A stretch of 64,000 nucleotides of DNA, taken from positions 114,516,001-114,580,000 of the forward strand of contig NC_086108.1 of NCBI RefSeq assembly GCF_963921235.1, given 5' to 3'. This document shows positions 1-12,735 of this stretch, in pieces; within the stretch, counting starts at the first letter, position 1; every line of letters starts with the position of its first letter. Under the pieces are notes generated by a model. That model did not search any database, was not told where the DNA came from, and worked only from the letters and a program-made list of their open reading frames with translations. The stretch is from Mobula hypostoma. Its lineage: Eukaryota. Position numbers and translations under genes: made by a program.

Positions 1-1215
1 TATTTTTGCCACCAAAGTGGATAACTTCACATTTATCCACATTAAACTGCATCTGCCATGAATTTGCCCACTCACCCAACCTATCCAAGTCACTCTGCAT
101 CCTCTTAGCATCCTCCTCACAGCTAACACTGCCACCCAGCTTCGTGTCATCCGCAAACTTGGAGATGCTGCATTTAATTCCCTCATCCAAGTCATTAATA
201 TATATTGTAAACAACTGGGGTCCCAGCACTGAGCCTTGCGGTATCCCACTAGTCACCGCCTGCCATTCTGAAAAGGTCCCGTTTATTCCCACGCTTTGCT
301 TCCTGTCTGCTAACCAATTCTCTATCCACATCAATACCTTACCCCCAATACTGTGTGCTTTAAGTTTGCACACTAATCTCCTGTGTGGGACCTTGTCAAA
401 AGCCTTTTGAAAATCCAAATATACCACATCCACTGGTTCTCCCCTATCCACTCTACTAGTTACATCCTCAAAAAATTCTATGAGATTCGTCAGACATGAT
501 TTTCCTTTCACAAATCCATGCTGACTTTGCCTGATGATTTCACCACTTTCCAAATGTGCTGTTATCACATCTTTGATAACTGACTCCAGCAGTTTCCCCA
601 CCACCGACGTTAGGCTAACCGGTCTATAATTCCCCGGTTTCTCTCTCCCCCCTTTTTTAAAAAGTGGGGTTACATTAGCCACCCTCCAATCCTCAGGAAC
701 TAGTCCAGAATCTAACGAGTTTTGAAAAATTATCACTAATGCATCCACTATTTCTTGGGCTACTTCCTTAAGCACTCTGGGATGCAGACCATCTGGCCCT
801 GGGGATTTATCTGCCTTCAATCCTTTCAATTTACCTAACACCACTTCCCTACTAACGTGTATTTCGCTCAGTTCCTCCATCTCACTGGACCCTCTGTCCC
901 CTACTATTTCTGGAAGATTATTTATGTCCTCCTTAGTGAAGACAGAACCAAAGTAATTATTCAATTGGTCTGCCATGTCCTTGCTCCCCATAATCAATTC
1001 ACCTGTTTCTGTCTGTAGGGGACCTACATTTGTCTTTACCAGTCTTTTCCTTTTTACATATCTATAAAAGCTTTTACAGTCAGTTTTTATGTTCCCTGCC
1101 AGTTTTCTCTCATAATCTTTTTTCCCCTTCCTAATTAAGCCCTTTGTCCTCCTCTGCTGAACTCTGAATTTCTCCCAGTCCTCAGGTGAGCCATTTTTTC
1201 TAGCTAATTTGAGTA
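1..1215 (-). mobile_element. CR1-clade LINE ORF2 fragment (RT region), running off the window start
   Basis: Minus strand reads CR1 RT motifs [41 protein letters not shown]. Confidence 0.9.
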
Positions 1216-1745
1216 GTAGAAGGAGGCGGAACCATGAGGGAGGTGATAGGCAGCTGGGGGAGGGGACAGAGTGACATAGGGATAGAGGAAGGGAGGGGGA
1301 GGGAATTACCGGAAGTTGGAGAATTCTGTGTTCATACCAAGGAGCTGGAGACTACCTAGACGGTATATGAGGTGTTGCTCCTCCAACCTGAGTTTAGCCT
1401 CATCATGGCAGTAGAGGAGGCCATGTATGGACATATCTGAATGGGAATGGGAAGCAGAGTTGAAGTGGGTGGCTACTGGGAGATCCTGTCTGTTGTGGCG
1501 GACGGCTGAGGTGCTCGACGAAGCGGTACCCCAATCTGCGTCAGGTTTCACTGATGTAGAGGAGGCCGCACCAGGAGCACCGGATGCAATAGACAACCCC
1601 GACAGACTCACAAGTGAAGTGTTGCCTCACTTGGAAGGACTGTTTGGGGCCCTGAATGGTGGCAAGAGAGGAGGTGTAGGGACAGGTGTAGCACTTATGC
1701 TTACAGGGATAAGTGCCGGGTGGGAGATCCGTGGGGAGATCAGCG
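1216..1745 (-). mobile_element. Penelope-like element fragment (GIY-YIG endonuclease C-terminus plus pyrimidine-rich 3' UTR)
   Basis: ORF 1306-1611(-) ends DLPVATHFNSASHSHSDMSIHGLLYCHDEAKLRLEEQHLIYRLGSLQLLGMNTEFSNFR, typical of the PLE endonuclease tail. The same sequence recurs at 19805-19900. Confidence 0.85.
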
Positions 1746-2199
1746 TGTTGTGACTGGAGGAACTCAGCAGGTCAGGCAGCAGCTACGTAGATGAATCGAT
1801 CTTCGGCCCAGGACAGAGGACTGTGGTGAGCTGCTGTCAGCGGCCTATGACCCAGGAGGGGTGATGGGCTGAGGAAGATACCTGCTGAGTTTCTCCAGTA
1901 GCAGAATCAGACTCAGCTTTACTATCACTGGCATATGTCGTAAAATTTGTTGTTATTCAGTAACAGTACATTGCCATACACAACAAAAACTGGAAATTTC
2001 AAGAAGTTAAAAAAAGTTAAGTTCGTTAAATTAAATAAATAGTGCAAAAAGTGAAAAAAAAAGTGATGAGGTAGTGTTCACGGGTTCTATCTCCATTCAG
2101 AAGTCAGATGGCAGAGGGGAGGAAGCTGTTCCTGAATCGTTGAGTGCGTGCCTTCAGGATCACACTCAATGATTTTGTGCGTTAAAGCTTTAATGTTAC

Positions 2200-2407
2200 C
2201 TGAACCCTTTGTTTCAAAATATTTCTCCTAACACCCACTCCCTTCTTTACGGTGGGAGCCCTGGATGATCTAGGTATCCCTGACTCTGCTCTGCAGCCAC
2301 CTGCAGGTCCCTCTCTGACATCGAACATGAAAGTCGACCTTGATATTCGAGGCCAACTTGACATTTGATCCTGGTAAACCCTCCCCATACTTCCGGGTGG
2401 TTTGACA
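2200..2407 (-). CDS. Candidate host-gene exon C (208 nt, phase 2 to 0): VKPPGSMGRVYQDQMSSWPRISRSTFMFDVREGPAGGCRAESGIPRSSRAPTVKKGVGVRRNILKQRVQ
   Basis: Non-repeat sequence. Acceptor ttgttttgttttcttaacatAG (AG at 2409-2408), frame open to the strong donor CAG|GTAACA (exon end 2200). A weaker donor CAG|GTGGCT lies at 2301. Product not recognised. Confidence 0.6.
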
Positions 2408-2799
2408 CTATGTTAAGAAAACAAAACAACAGCCATTAGTACTTGAGAGATAATGACGCTGCAGACGATGTTTTGAACATTTGTGCCGGCTGAGATTGAT
2501 GTGAGGTCCAGTGTTTCCTGTTTGATATGGCATGTCATTAGGTTTGCTAATGGCCTCCGCTCTGCAGCTGTCAACAGCTATGGGGGCACCTCCCTGCCCT
2601 TGCGTGCGTTGTACCTGGGCACAGGCCGGAGGAGCATGCAAAGCCTTTGCACCCTGTCCATTTCCCACGCACAGGATGAGTGGCGTCGCTCAGCTCCGGT
2701 TATGTGCACTGGGTGTGACCATGGGTGGAAGGGCTGACTGCACTTCACAGGACCTGTACACCACAGCTGTGTGTGGCAGTGAATTCCACAGATTCACCA

Positions 2800-3058
2800 C
2801 TCACTTTATTTACTTATTTGGCAACGCAGGGCGGAGTTGACCCTTCTGGCCACCTCGGCAGCCCCTGACTAACCTAGTCCACGACCAATTACCCTACCCA
2901 GTAAGGTAGAGGGGGGAAACCAGAGCACCCGGGAAAGACCCACGCATTCCACGGGCAGGGCTTACAGAGACTCCTTACAGACGGCACCATAATTGAACCC
3001 TGAACTTCAGGGCAGCCTGAGCTATAATAGCGTCAAGCTATCCGCTATGCTACCGTAG
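2800..3058 (-). mobile_element. tRNA-derived V-SINE (HE1-like)
   Basis: Minus strand: tRNA-like head (ggtagcatagcgg...gggttcaatt), then a V-domain-like core gcgtgggtctttcccgggtgctctggttt. Confidence 0.65.
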
Positions 3059-3399
3059 TAACCAGCTTCAGCTGCGTATGAGTGGGTGGGCTGGGAAGGG
3101 CCTGACCTGGGGTTGGAGTCCTGTCTCTGTGTGTGAGTGGGTGGGTGCATGAGAGGGAGGGAGGAATGGGGCTAGTTTTGCTGTTGTTGTTTTGTTGTCC
3201 TGCTGAACAGTGTGGGCATGCTGTGTTGCTGCCAGAATGTGTGGCGACACTTGCGGGCTGCCCCCAGCGCATCCTTGGGTTGTGTTGGTTGTTAGCGCGA
3301 ATGATGCATCTCACTGTACGTTTTGATGTACAGCGATCGATAAGTGAGTCTGACTGAGTCCGAATGTCTGCGCTGGGCGGGATCACACACAGGCAGAAC

Positions 3400-3800
3400 T
3401 GGGGTACACTGCAGATGCTGGAAACCCAGAATAGTGTCATCAAGTTGCTGTGCAGGTTGACCGGGTGGTTAAAGAAGGAGAATGCTGTGTTGCCCTTGTT
3501 AGTCAGGGACTGAGTCCTGAGCTGTGAGGTAATGTTGCAGCACTGCAAACTCCGGTGGGACCACACTCGGAATATTGTGTTCGGTTTTGGTCACCACGTG
3601 ACAGGAAGGTTGAGAAAGCTTTAGGGAGGGTGCAGAGGAGATTTACCAGAATGCTGCTGGATTAGAGAGCGTGTCTTATGGAGATCGGTTGAATGAGCTG
3701 GGGCTTTCACTTTAGAGTAAAGGGAGATGAGAAATGACTTGATAGAGGTGTAGAAGATGAAAAGAGGCAGAGATTGAGTGAACAGCCTATGGTAGGTATG
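3400..3800 (+). mobile_element. Degraded CR1 ORF2 3' fragment
   Basis: gagggtgcagaggagatttaccagaatgctg ([10 protein letters not shown] motif) and gacttgatagaggtg (DLIEV). Confidence 0.7.
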
Positions 3801-3829
3801 GGTTCAATTGCAACAATTTGGAGTACTTA

Positions 3830-5892
3830 CATGGAAACATAAAAATCTGCAGCACATTACAGGCCCTTCGGCCCATAATGTTGTGCCAACCGTGTCACCT
3901 ACTCTAGAAACTGCCTAGAATTTTCCTAGCACATAGCCCTTCATTTTTCTAAGTTTCATGTACCTATCTAAGAGTCTCTTAAAAGACCCTATTGTATCAG
4001 CTTCCACTACCATTGCCAGCAGTACATTCCACGCATTCACCACTCTCTGCGTGAAAAACCTACCCCTGACATCCCCTCTGGACCTACTTCCCAGCACCTT
4101 AAAACTATGCACCCTCCTGTTAGCCATTTCAGCCCTGGAAAGAAGCCTCTGACTATCCACACGATCAATGCTCCTCATCATCTTATACACCTCTATCAGG
4201 TCACCTCTCATCCTCCATCATTCCAAAGAGAATAGGCCAAGTTCATTCAACCTGTTCTCATAAGGTACGCCCTCCAATCCAGGCAACATCCTTGTAAATC
4301 TCCTCTGCACTCTCTCTATAGTATCCACATCCTTCCTGTAGTGAGGTGACCAGAACTGAACACAGTACTCCAAGTGGGATCTGACCTAAGTCTTATATAG
4401 CTGTAACATTACCTCATGGCTCTTGAATTCAATCTCATGGTTGGTGAACACTGTCAACCTGCACAGCAGCTTTGAGTGTCCTGTGCACACAGACCCCAAG
4501 ATCTCTCTGATCCTCCACACTGCCAAGAGTCTTACATAGAAACATAGAAAACCTTCAGCACAATACAGGCCCTTCGGCCCACAATGCTGTGCCAAACATG
4601 TCCTTACCTTAGAAATTACTTATGGTTACCCATAGCCCTCTATTTTTCTAAGCTCCATGTACCTGTCCAGGAGTCTCTTAAAAGACCCTATCGTATCCAC
4701 CTCCACCACCATCACCGGCAGCCCGTTCCACGCACCCACCACTCTCTGAGTAAAAAACTTACCCCTGACATCTCCTCTGTACCTACTTGCAAGCACCTTA
4801 AAAATGTGGCCTCTCGTGCTAGTCATAATACCATTAATATTATATTCCGTCTTCAAAGTCAGGAGGGAGGAGAAGATGGCAGCGTGACGCAGCGCGCGCG
4901 GCCGTTCTGAATGAATATCGGTAGGTGTAACTAGGGGTTCCGTGCACAATCCAGATTTGTTGGGGACAGCCGTGAAATGCAGAGGAACGTCTGGAGAAAC
5001 TTCTGAAATGCCTGCTTCGCTGCCACTGCTACTGTGCCATCGAGAATCTCCGGAGACGAAGGTCCCAAATCCTCGGCTTTGCATATCGCCTGTTGCCGGG
5101 GCCGGGGTTGGGGTCAAAACGCTCAGCAGAGACGGTGCTCGGTGTTCGGTGTTGAATAGGTGGTCGGAGGCTCGGAGTTTTTCGGACGAACTCGGAGTTG
5201 GACTGTGGTCGGATGCTTCCGAGATGCTGCAACGGCAAATTGGCGGCACTGGAGGTTCACCGTCTGCGTGAGATGATGTGACTTTCGAGAGACTCTGAGA
5301 TTTTTACTGTGCCATGGTCTGTTCTTATCAAATTACGGTATTGCTTTGCACTGTTGTAACTATATGTTATAATTATGTGGTTTTTGTTAGTTTTTATGTG
5401 TTTTCGTGATATCATTCTGGAAAAACATTTTTATCATTTCTTAATTCACACATTACTAAATGACAGTAAAAAGGGACTGCGTGTCCTCATAATCATAATC
5501 ATAATAATCAAATTCGACCTACCAAAATGAACCACTACACATTTATCTGGGTTGAACTCTATCTGCCACTTCTCAGCCCAGTTCTGTATCCTATCAATGT
5601 CCCACTGTAACCTCTGACAACCCTCCACACTATCCACAACACCCCCAACCTTTGTGTCATCAGCAAACTTACTAACCCATCCCTCCACTTTCTCATCCAG
5701 ATCATTTATAAAAAATCACAAAGAGCAGGGGTCCCCTTGGAGCACCACTGGTCACTGACCTCCATGCAGAATACAAACCATCTACAACCACCTTTTGCCT
5801 TCTGTGGGCAAGCCTATCCTGGATCCACAAAGCAAGCTCTCTGTGGATTCCATGCCTCATTACTTTCTGAAGGAGTCTTGCATGGGGAACCT
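3830..5892 (-). mobile_element. CR1 LINE 3' part, interrupted by a nested CR1 3' end (~4535-4820) and a non-autonomous element (4858-5507)
   Basis: ORFs 3915-4211 (MRGDLIEVYK...FFTQRVVNAWN) and 5446-5688 (SKFADDTKVGG). CATAGAAA-type tails at ~3835 and ~4535. CR1 sequence resumes after each insertion. Confidence 0.85.
4858..5507 (+). mobile_element. Non-autonomous retroelement (SINE-like or deleted LINE) with CpG-rich head and (ATAATC)n tail
   Basis: Head gagaagatggcagcg. Ends ...gtgtcctc(ataatc)n. Splits the CR1 sequence cttcaaa|ttcgacctacc, with TCAAA duplicated. Family not identified. Confidence 0.6.
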
Positions 5893-6204
5893 TTTCAATG
5901 TTTCTTATCTGGGTCTCTATTGTGCACTGAGAGTGGGAGGGGGGCAGGGAGAGGGGAATCATGGTTGGGAAAAGGGGAAGGGAGAGGGGAGGAAGCAGGA
6001 AACACTGGAGAAATATTCTGTAATGATCAATAAACCAATTGTTTGGAATCAAATGACCTTGCCTGATGCCTCAGGTCTGAGTGTGTCTACACCCCTCCCC
6101 TGGCACTCCCACACCCTACCCACAGTGCTCCACGCTCACCATTCTCAATAATTTTTGCACCCACCAGATTGACAAGCTCACTCTCCACTCCATGTTGAGC
6201 AATA

Positions 6205-6490
6205 CCAGAGCACAGAAACAGGCCTACTCCCATCAACCTGCACTGGGACCATAGCCCTCCATATTCCTACTATCCATGTATCTATCCAAACTTCTTTTAA
6301 ACATTGAAATCAAGCTCACATGCACCACTTGTGCTGGCAGCTCGTTCCACACTCTCACCACCCTCAGAGTGAAGAAATTTTCCCTCATGTTTCCCTTAAA
6401 CTTTTTACCTTTCACCGTTAACCCATGACCTTTAGTTATCGTCCCACTCAACCACAGTGGAAAAAGTCTGCTTGCATTTATCCTATCCTG
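6205..6490 (-). mobile_element. CR1 3' end fragment
   Basis: ORF 6233-6451: ...FFTLRVVRVWNELP...LDRYMDSRNMEGYGP. Confidence 0.8.
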
Positions 6491-6524
6491 TGCAAAAGTC
6501 TTAGACGTGCCTAAGTATTCTGTA

Positions 6525-7050
6525 GTAGCAGTAGTGGTAGTCTTTCGGATTTGACAAAGACACGGAAACCCGTGCGTGATGGAGTTTTAAGTGGAACAGC
6601 CGTTGCACAGGGGCAACCCCACTCTCCCAGCAGAAGAGACCTTGATCCAGTGGCACGGACAACCGTTACGGCTGGAGACCTCTCCTGCTGCAGTGGATGA
6701 CCAGGACGTCTAAGTGTCTTGTCGTGCTCTCGGTGCTCCACAACGCCTGCTGGGCCTGCCTTCTTGACTGTTGGACCATTAATCGGTCTCCTCCGCTCAA
6801 TCTGCCAGAGCCAGACTTCACACGCTGGGTAGACAGATCCCTCACCTCACCGAGGGTCAAAGACCCGTCGGCTACCCTCACCTGGTTTGCCGAGATGGTT
6901 TACTGGGGTGTGGCCGCTGCATATGTTACAGCTACTTGGAGCCACAGGTGAGAACTGAGCGCCAGCTGGGGACCAAAGGTGGACGAGCTGCCCTGAAAAA
7001 GGCACGGCAGGCCCCCCCACCAGAGGTGCTACCCCTCCCTAGACACCCCA
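6525..7050 (-). mobile_element. Non-autonomous, probably RTE-derived element with 13-bp TSD
   Basis: Exact direct repeat TAAGTATTCTGTA at 6512-6524 and 7051-7063. Minus strand starts tggggtgtctagggaggggtagcacctctggt (RTE-like 5' UTR, from recall) and ends in a (CTA)n-like tail. No long ORF. Confidence 0.65.
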
Positions 7051-7559
7051 TAAGTATTCTGTACAGTATTGTAAATTGATTGTATGGCTGTACAGTGACG
7101 CTAGGCACATGTGTGTCTGTACAGAAGGTGACTCCGACAGGAAATGATAAAGTAGTGGTGACTGGGAGTGACCTCTATCAAGTCATAGAATCAGAATTTT
7201 CCAAGTGCTTATAAAAGCTGCAATTTATAAGTATGGCAACTTAAATTACAGCAAACGTGTTACTGCTCCCTGTCTAGAGCATTTGAACTTGGGTTGGGCA
7301 GGAGATGCGTGTGGTTACACAGAGGAAAAGGTATCACTGAGTGGAAGGAAGTGCAGAGGGGTGTCGAGATTTAGGGGAACGTTTGTTCTGCTCTTGGTCA
7401 AAGAAACAATTAATAATTGGCAGGAATTAATCCAGACAAGTCATTAACATTTTTTCAATTGTTTCTCTATTTATTTTACGTTTAACAAATTGAAGGAAGA
7501 GAGTTTCTGGAAGGAACAGAAATGTTTGAGTTCCGGTTTTGATTCAAGATTGTTGAACA

Positions 7560-8090
7560 TTCAAGATCCAAGATTGTTTAATTTACTTCCCGGTACACGA
7601 GTATAAAGGAGAATGAAATAATTGTTACTCCAGTTCTGATACAGCAAGAAAAACATAATAAGGTAAAGAACATAATAAATATAAAGACTTAAGATGGGTT
7701 ACATACAGAGATTGATTGTAGTGTAAAGTGACGTTAGTATTGTAAATTGATTGTATGGCCGTACAGTGACACTAAGCATATGTGTGTCTGTACATAAGGT
7801 AGTGACAGGAAATGATAAAGTATTGGTGGCTGGGGTGTTGATCTGCCTTACTGCTTGGGAATGTAGCTGTTTTTGAGTCTGGTGGTCCTGGCGTGGATGC
7901 TGCGTAGCCTCCTCACTGATGAGAGTGGGACTAACAGTCCATGAGCAGAGTAGATGGGATCCTTCATGACGTTCCTGTCCCTTTTCCAGCACCTATCTGT
8001 ATATATGTCATTGATGGGGTGGGGGGGGGGGGTGTTGGCAGTTTTGACTACTGGTGGTAGAGCCTTCCTGTCTGCTGCAGTGCTGTTTCC
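7560..8090 (-). mobile_element. Rex1/Babar- or L2-like LINE 3' end fragment (a related piece lies at 7070-7170)
   Basis: Tail caagatccaagatt. Body gtctggtggtcctggcgtggatgctgcgtagcctcc resembles the 3' end of the LINE at 40769-43572. Confidence 0.55.
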
Positions 8091-8231
8091 GACTCAGTTC
8101 AGCAGCTTGCCGAAGCGGCCAAGCAGTAATCGGCACTGTTCAGGATTCTGTTTTCCTGTGCCGAGCTACAAGAGCCTCCTTGTGCCCTTTGACAGCACAA
8201 TGACATGAAGAGGGACAACCTCTCTTTATAA

Positions 8232-8750
8232 AGAAGTGGCAAATGAAATACAATGTTGGAAAGTGTATGGTTACGCACTTTGGTGGAAGAAATAAATAGA
8301 CAGACTATTATTTAGATGGGGAGAGAATTCAAAACGCAAAGATGCAAAGGGACTTGGGAGTCCTTGTGCAAGATACTCTAAAGGTTAACCTGCAAGTTAA
8401 GTCAGTTGTGAATGTCAGTTAAGGCGAATGCAATGTTGGCATTCATTTCCAGAGGTATAGAATAAAAGAGTAGGGATGTGATGTTGAGGCTCTATAAGGC
8501 ACTCGTGAGATCACATGGAGTATTGTGTGCAGTTTTGGGCTCCTTAATTTAGAAAGGATATACTGACATTGGAGAGGGTTTAGAGAAGATTCACAAGAAT
8601 GATTCCAGGAATGAGAGGGTTACTGTATGAGGAACGTCTGGCAGGTCTTGGGATGTATTCCCCGGAGTTCAGGAGAATGAGGGGGGATCTCATAGAAACA
8701 TTCTGAATGCTAAAAGGCCTGAATAGATCAGATATGGCAAAGTTATTTCC
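8232..8750 (+). mobile_element. CR1 ORF2 fragment
   Basis: KKWQMKYNVGKC, QRDLGVLV and RRMRGDLIETF motifs, with stops and frameshifts. Confidence 0.8.
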
Positions 8751-11700
8751 ATATAACATATAACCATATAACAATTACACCACGGAAACAGACCATCTGG
8801 GCCCTTCTAGTCCGTGCCAAACTCTTACTCTCACCTAGTCCCACCGACCTGCACTCAGCCCATAACCCTCCATTCCTTTCCTGTCCATATAGCTGTCCAG
8901 TTTAACTTTAAACGACAACATCAAACCTGCCTCAACCACTTCTGCTGGAAGCTCGTTCCACACAGCTACCACTCTCTGAGTAAAGAAGTTCCCCCTCATG
9001 TTACCCCTAAACTTTTGCTCTTTAACTCTCAACTCATGTCCTCTTGTTTGAATCTTCCCCACTCTCAATGGAAAAAGCCTATTAACATCAACTCTATCAA
9101 TCCCCCTCATAATTTTAAATACCTCTATCAAGTCCCCCCTCAACCTTCTACGCTCCAAAGAATAAAGACCCAACTTGTTCAACCTTTCTCTGTAACTTGT
9201 TGAAACCCAGGTAACATTCTAGTAAACCTTCTCTGTACTCTCTCTATTTTGTTGACACCTTTCCTATAGTTCAGTGACGAAAACTGTGCACAATACTCCA
9301 AAGTTAGCCTCACCAATGCCTTGTACAATTTCAACATTACATCCCAACTCCCATACTCAATGCTCTGATTTATAACGGCCAGCATACCAAAAGCTTTCTT
9401 CACCACCCTATCCACATGAAATTCCACCTTCAGGGAACTATGCACCATTATTCCTAGATCCCTCTGTTCTACTGCATTCTTCAATGCCCTACCATTTACC
9501 ATGTATGTCCTATTTTGATTAGTCCTACCAAAATGTAGCACCTCACATTTATCAGCATTAAACTCCATCTGCCATCTTTCAGCCCACTCTTCTAACCGGC
9601 CTAAATCTCTCTGCAAGCTTTGAAAACCTACTTCATTATCCACAATTCCACCTATCTTAGTATCATCTGCATACTTACTCATCCAATTTACCACCCCATC
9701 ATCCAGATCATTAATTTATATGACAAATAACATTGGACCCAGTACAGATCCCTGAGGCACACCACTAGTCACCGGCCTCCAATCTGACAAACAGTTTTCC
9801 ACCACCACTCTGTGGTGTCTCCCATCCAGCCACTGCTGAATCCATTTGACTACTTCAATATTAATACCTAACGATTGAACCTTCCTCACCAACCTTCCAT
9901 GTGGGACCTTGTCAAAGGCCTTACTGAAGTCCATATAGACAACATCCACCACTTTACCCTCATCAACATTCCTAGTAACCTCTTCAAAAAATTCAATAAG
10001 ATTTGTTAAACATGACCTTCCATGCACGAATCCATGTTGACTGTTCCTGATCAGACCCTGTCTATCCAGATTATTATATATACCATCTCTAAGAATACTT
10101 TCCATCGATTTACGTACCACTGACATCAAACTCAGGCCGATAATTGCTAGGTTTACTCTTAGAACCCTTTTTAAACAATGGAGCCACATGAGCAATACGC
10201 CAATCCTCTGGCACCATCCCCATTTCTAATGACATTTGAAATATTTCTGTCAGAGCCCCTGCTCTTTCCACACTAACTTCCCTCAATGTCCAAGGGAATA
10301 TCCTGTCAGGACCTGGAGACTTATCCACTTTTATATTCCTTAAAAGCTCCAGTACTATTTCTTCTTTAATCATCAGAGTTTCCATAACTTCCCTACCGTT
10401 TCCCTTATCTTACACAATTCAATATCCTTCTCCTTAGTGAATACCGAAGATAAGAAATTGTTCAGAATCTCCCCCATCTCTGTTGGCTGCAGACATAGCC
10501 GTCTACTCTGATTCTCTAAGGGACCAATTTTATCCCTCACTATCCTTTTGCTATTTATATAACGGTAGAAACCCTTGGGATTTATTTTCACCTTCCTTGC
10601 CAAAGCAACCTCATATCTTCTTTTAGCTTTTTAAATTTCTTTCTTAAGATTCTTTTTACATTCTTTATATTCCTCGAGCACCTCACTTACTCCATGCTGT
10701 CTATGTTTATTGTAGATCTCTCTTTTTTTCCTGAACCAAGTTTCCAATATCCCTTGAAAACCATGTCTCTCTCAAACTTTTAACCTCTCCTTTCAATCTA
10801 ACAGGAACATAAAGATTCTGTACTCTCAAAATTTCACCTTTAATTGACCTCCATTTCTCTATTACATCCTTCCCATAAAACAAATTGTCCCAATCCACTC
10901 CTTCTAAATCCTTTCGCATCTCCTCAAAGTTAGCCTTTGTCCAATCAAAAATCTCAACCCTGGGTCCAGACCTATCCTTCTCCATAACTATATTGAAACT
11001 AATGGCATTCTGATCACTGGACCCGAAGTGCTCCCCAACACAAACCTCCGTCAACTGACCTATCTCATTCCCTAACAGGAGATCCAACACTGCCCCTTCT
11101 CTAGTTGGTACCTCTATGTACTGCTGCAAAAAACTATCTTGCACATATTTTACAAACTCCAAACCATCCAGTCCTTTTACAGTATGGGCTTTCCAGTCTA
11201 TGTGTGGAAAATTAAAATCTCCCACAATCACAACCTTGTGCCTACTACTAATATCTGCTATCTCCTTACAAATTTGCTCCTCCACTTCTCGCTCCCCATT
11301 TGGTGGTGTATAATACACCCCATAAGCATCACTACACCTTTCCCATTCCTCAATTCCACCCAAATAGCCTCCCTGGACAAGCCCTCTAATCAATCCTGCC
11401 AGAGCACTGCTGTAATATTTTCTCTGACAAGCAATGCAACACTTCCCCCTCTTATCCCTCTGATTCTATCACACTTGAAGCAATTAAATCCAGGAATATT
11501 TAGTTGCCAATCACACCCCTCCTGCAACCATGTTTCACTAATAGCTACCACATCATACTTCCAGGTATTAATCCATGCTTTAAGCTCATCCACCTTTCTT
11601 ACAATGCTCCTAGCATTAAAATAAATGCATTCAAGAAATTTTCCACCTCTCATTCTCTGTTTATCACTAATGGTGCAATCAACTTTACTATTTTCTTTTT

Positions 11701-12545
11701 CTTCCTTCTTCCCTGCATTTGTTCCCACAGTCTGGTTCCCCTCCCCCTTCGTATCTAGTTTAAATCCACCGGAGCCTCTCTAGCAAACCTACCTGCAAGA
11801 ATATTTGTTCCCTTCCAATTCAGATGTAGACCGTCTGGCCGGAACAGGTCCCACCTTCCCTGGAAAACTCCCCAATTATCTACAAATCTGAAGCCTTCCC
11901 TCCTGCACCATGTCTTCAGCCACGTGTTGATCTGCGCTATCTTACTATTTCTAATCCCGCCTGCATGGGGCACTGGTAGCAATCCTGAGATTGCTATCCT
12001 GGAGGTCCTGTCCTTTAACTTGGTGCCTAACTCCCTAAACTCACCTTTCAGGACCTCCACACTCTTCCTACCCACGTTGTTGGTCCCTACATCGACCACG
12101 ACATCTGGCTGCTCACCCTCCCACTTGAGAATACCGAGAACTCGATCTGAGATATCGCAGACCCTGGCACCAGGGAGGCAACAGACCATCCAGGATTCTC
12201 GATCTCTCCTACAGAACCTCTTATCTGTCCCCCTAACTATCGAATCCCCTATCACTACTGCTCTCCTCTTTTCTCTCCTTCCCTTCTGAGTTGAGGGTCC
12301 CATCTTGGTGCCAGAGACCCAACCACTGCAACTTGTCCCTGGTAGGTCATCCCCACCAACAGTATCCAAAACGATGTACTTATTATTGGTGGGAACAGCC
12401 ACAGAGGTGCTCTGTTCATTCTGTCTATTCCCCTTCCCTCTCCTGACAGTCACCCAGCTACCTGCCTCCTGACTCTTAGGGGTGACTATCTCCCTGTAGC
12501 TCCTGTTTATTTCTGCCTCTGCCTCCTGAATGATCCGAAGTTCAT
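8751..12545 (-). mobile_element. Near full-length but frameshifted CR1 LINE: ORF1 (SGNH esterase-like) plus ORF2 (APE endonuclease and RT)
   Basis: ORF1 11755-12453 has VIGDSIVRG, CLPGAR, VGTNN, DGLHLN. ORF2 pieces have [56 protein letters not shown]. Short-repeat tail at 8751-8770. Confidence 0.93.
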
Positions 12546-12735
12546 CTACAACACAAAATAATCTGCAGATGCTGGGGTCAAAGTAACACTCACAACACGC
12601 TGGAGGAACTCAGCAGGTTGGGCAGCATCCGTGGAAAAGATCGGTCGACGTTTCAGGCTGGAACCCTTCGTCAGGACTGTAGAGGGAAGGGGCAGAGGCC
12701 CTATAAAGAAGGTAGGGGGAGGGTGGGAAGGGCAA
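12546..12735 (-). mobile_element. Penelope-derived 3' module
   Basis: Reverse complement of the module at 20100-20260 and 61290-61448. Confidence 0.8.
12643..12678 (-). ncRNA. Minimal type-I hammerhead ribozyme motif
   Basis: Minus strand AGTC-CTGACGA-AGGGTTCCAGCCT-GAAA-CGTC-GACC: CUGANGA and GAAA core boxes, stem II, GUC cleavage triplet, stem I GTC/GAC. Confidence 0.7.

Noticed and set aside
6..410. Plus-strand 134-aa ORF (also 35755-36327 and 56077-56631)
   Set aside because: Antisense shadow frames of CR1 ORF2.
4626..5271. 207-aa and 109-aa ORFs
   Set aside because: Read-through across a GC-rich non-autonomous element into a CR1 3' end.
11755..12453. SGNH/GDSL hydrolase as a host enzyme
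   Set aside because: It lies directly upstream of APE-RT and is the known esterase-type ORF1 of CR1 LINEs.
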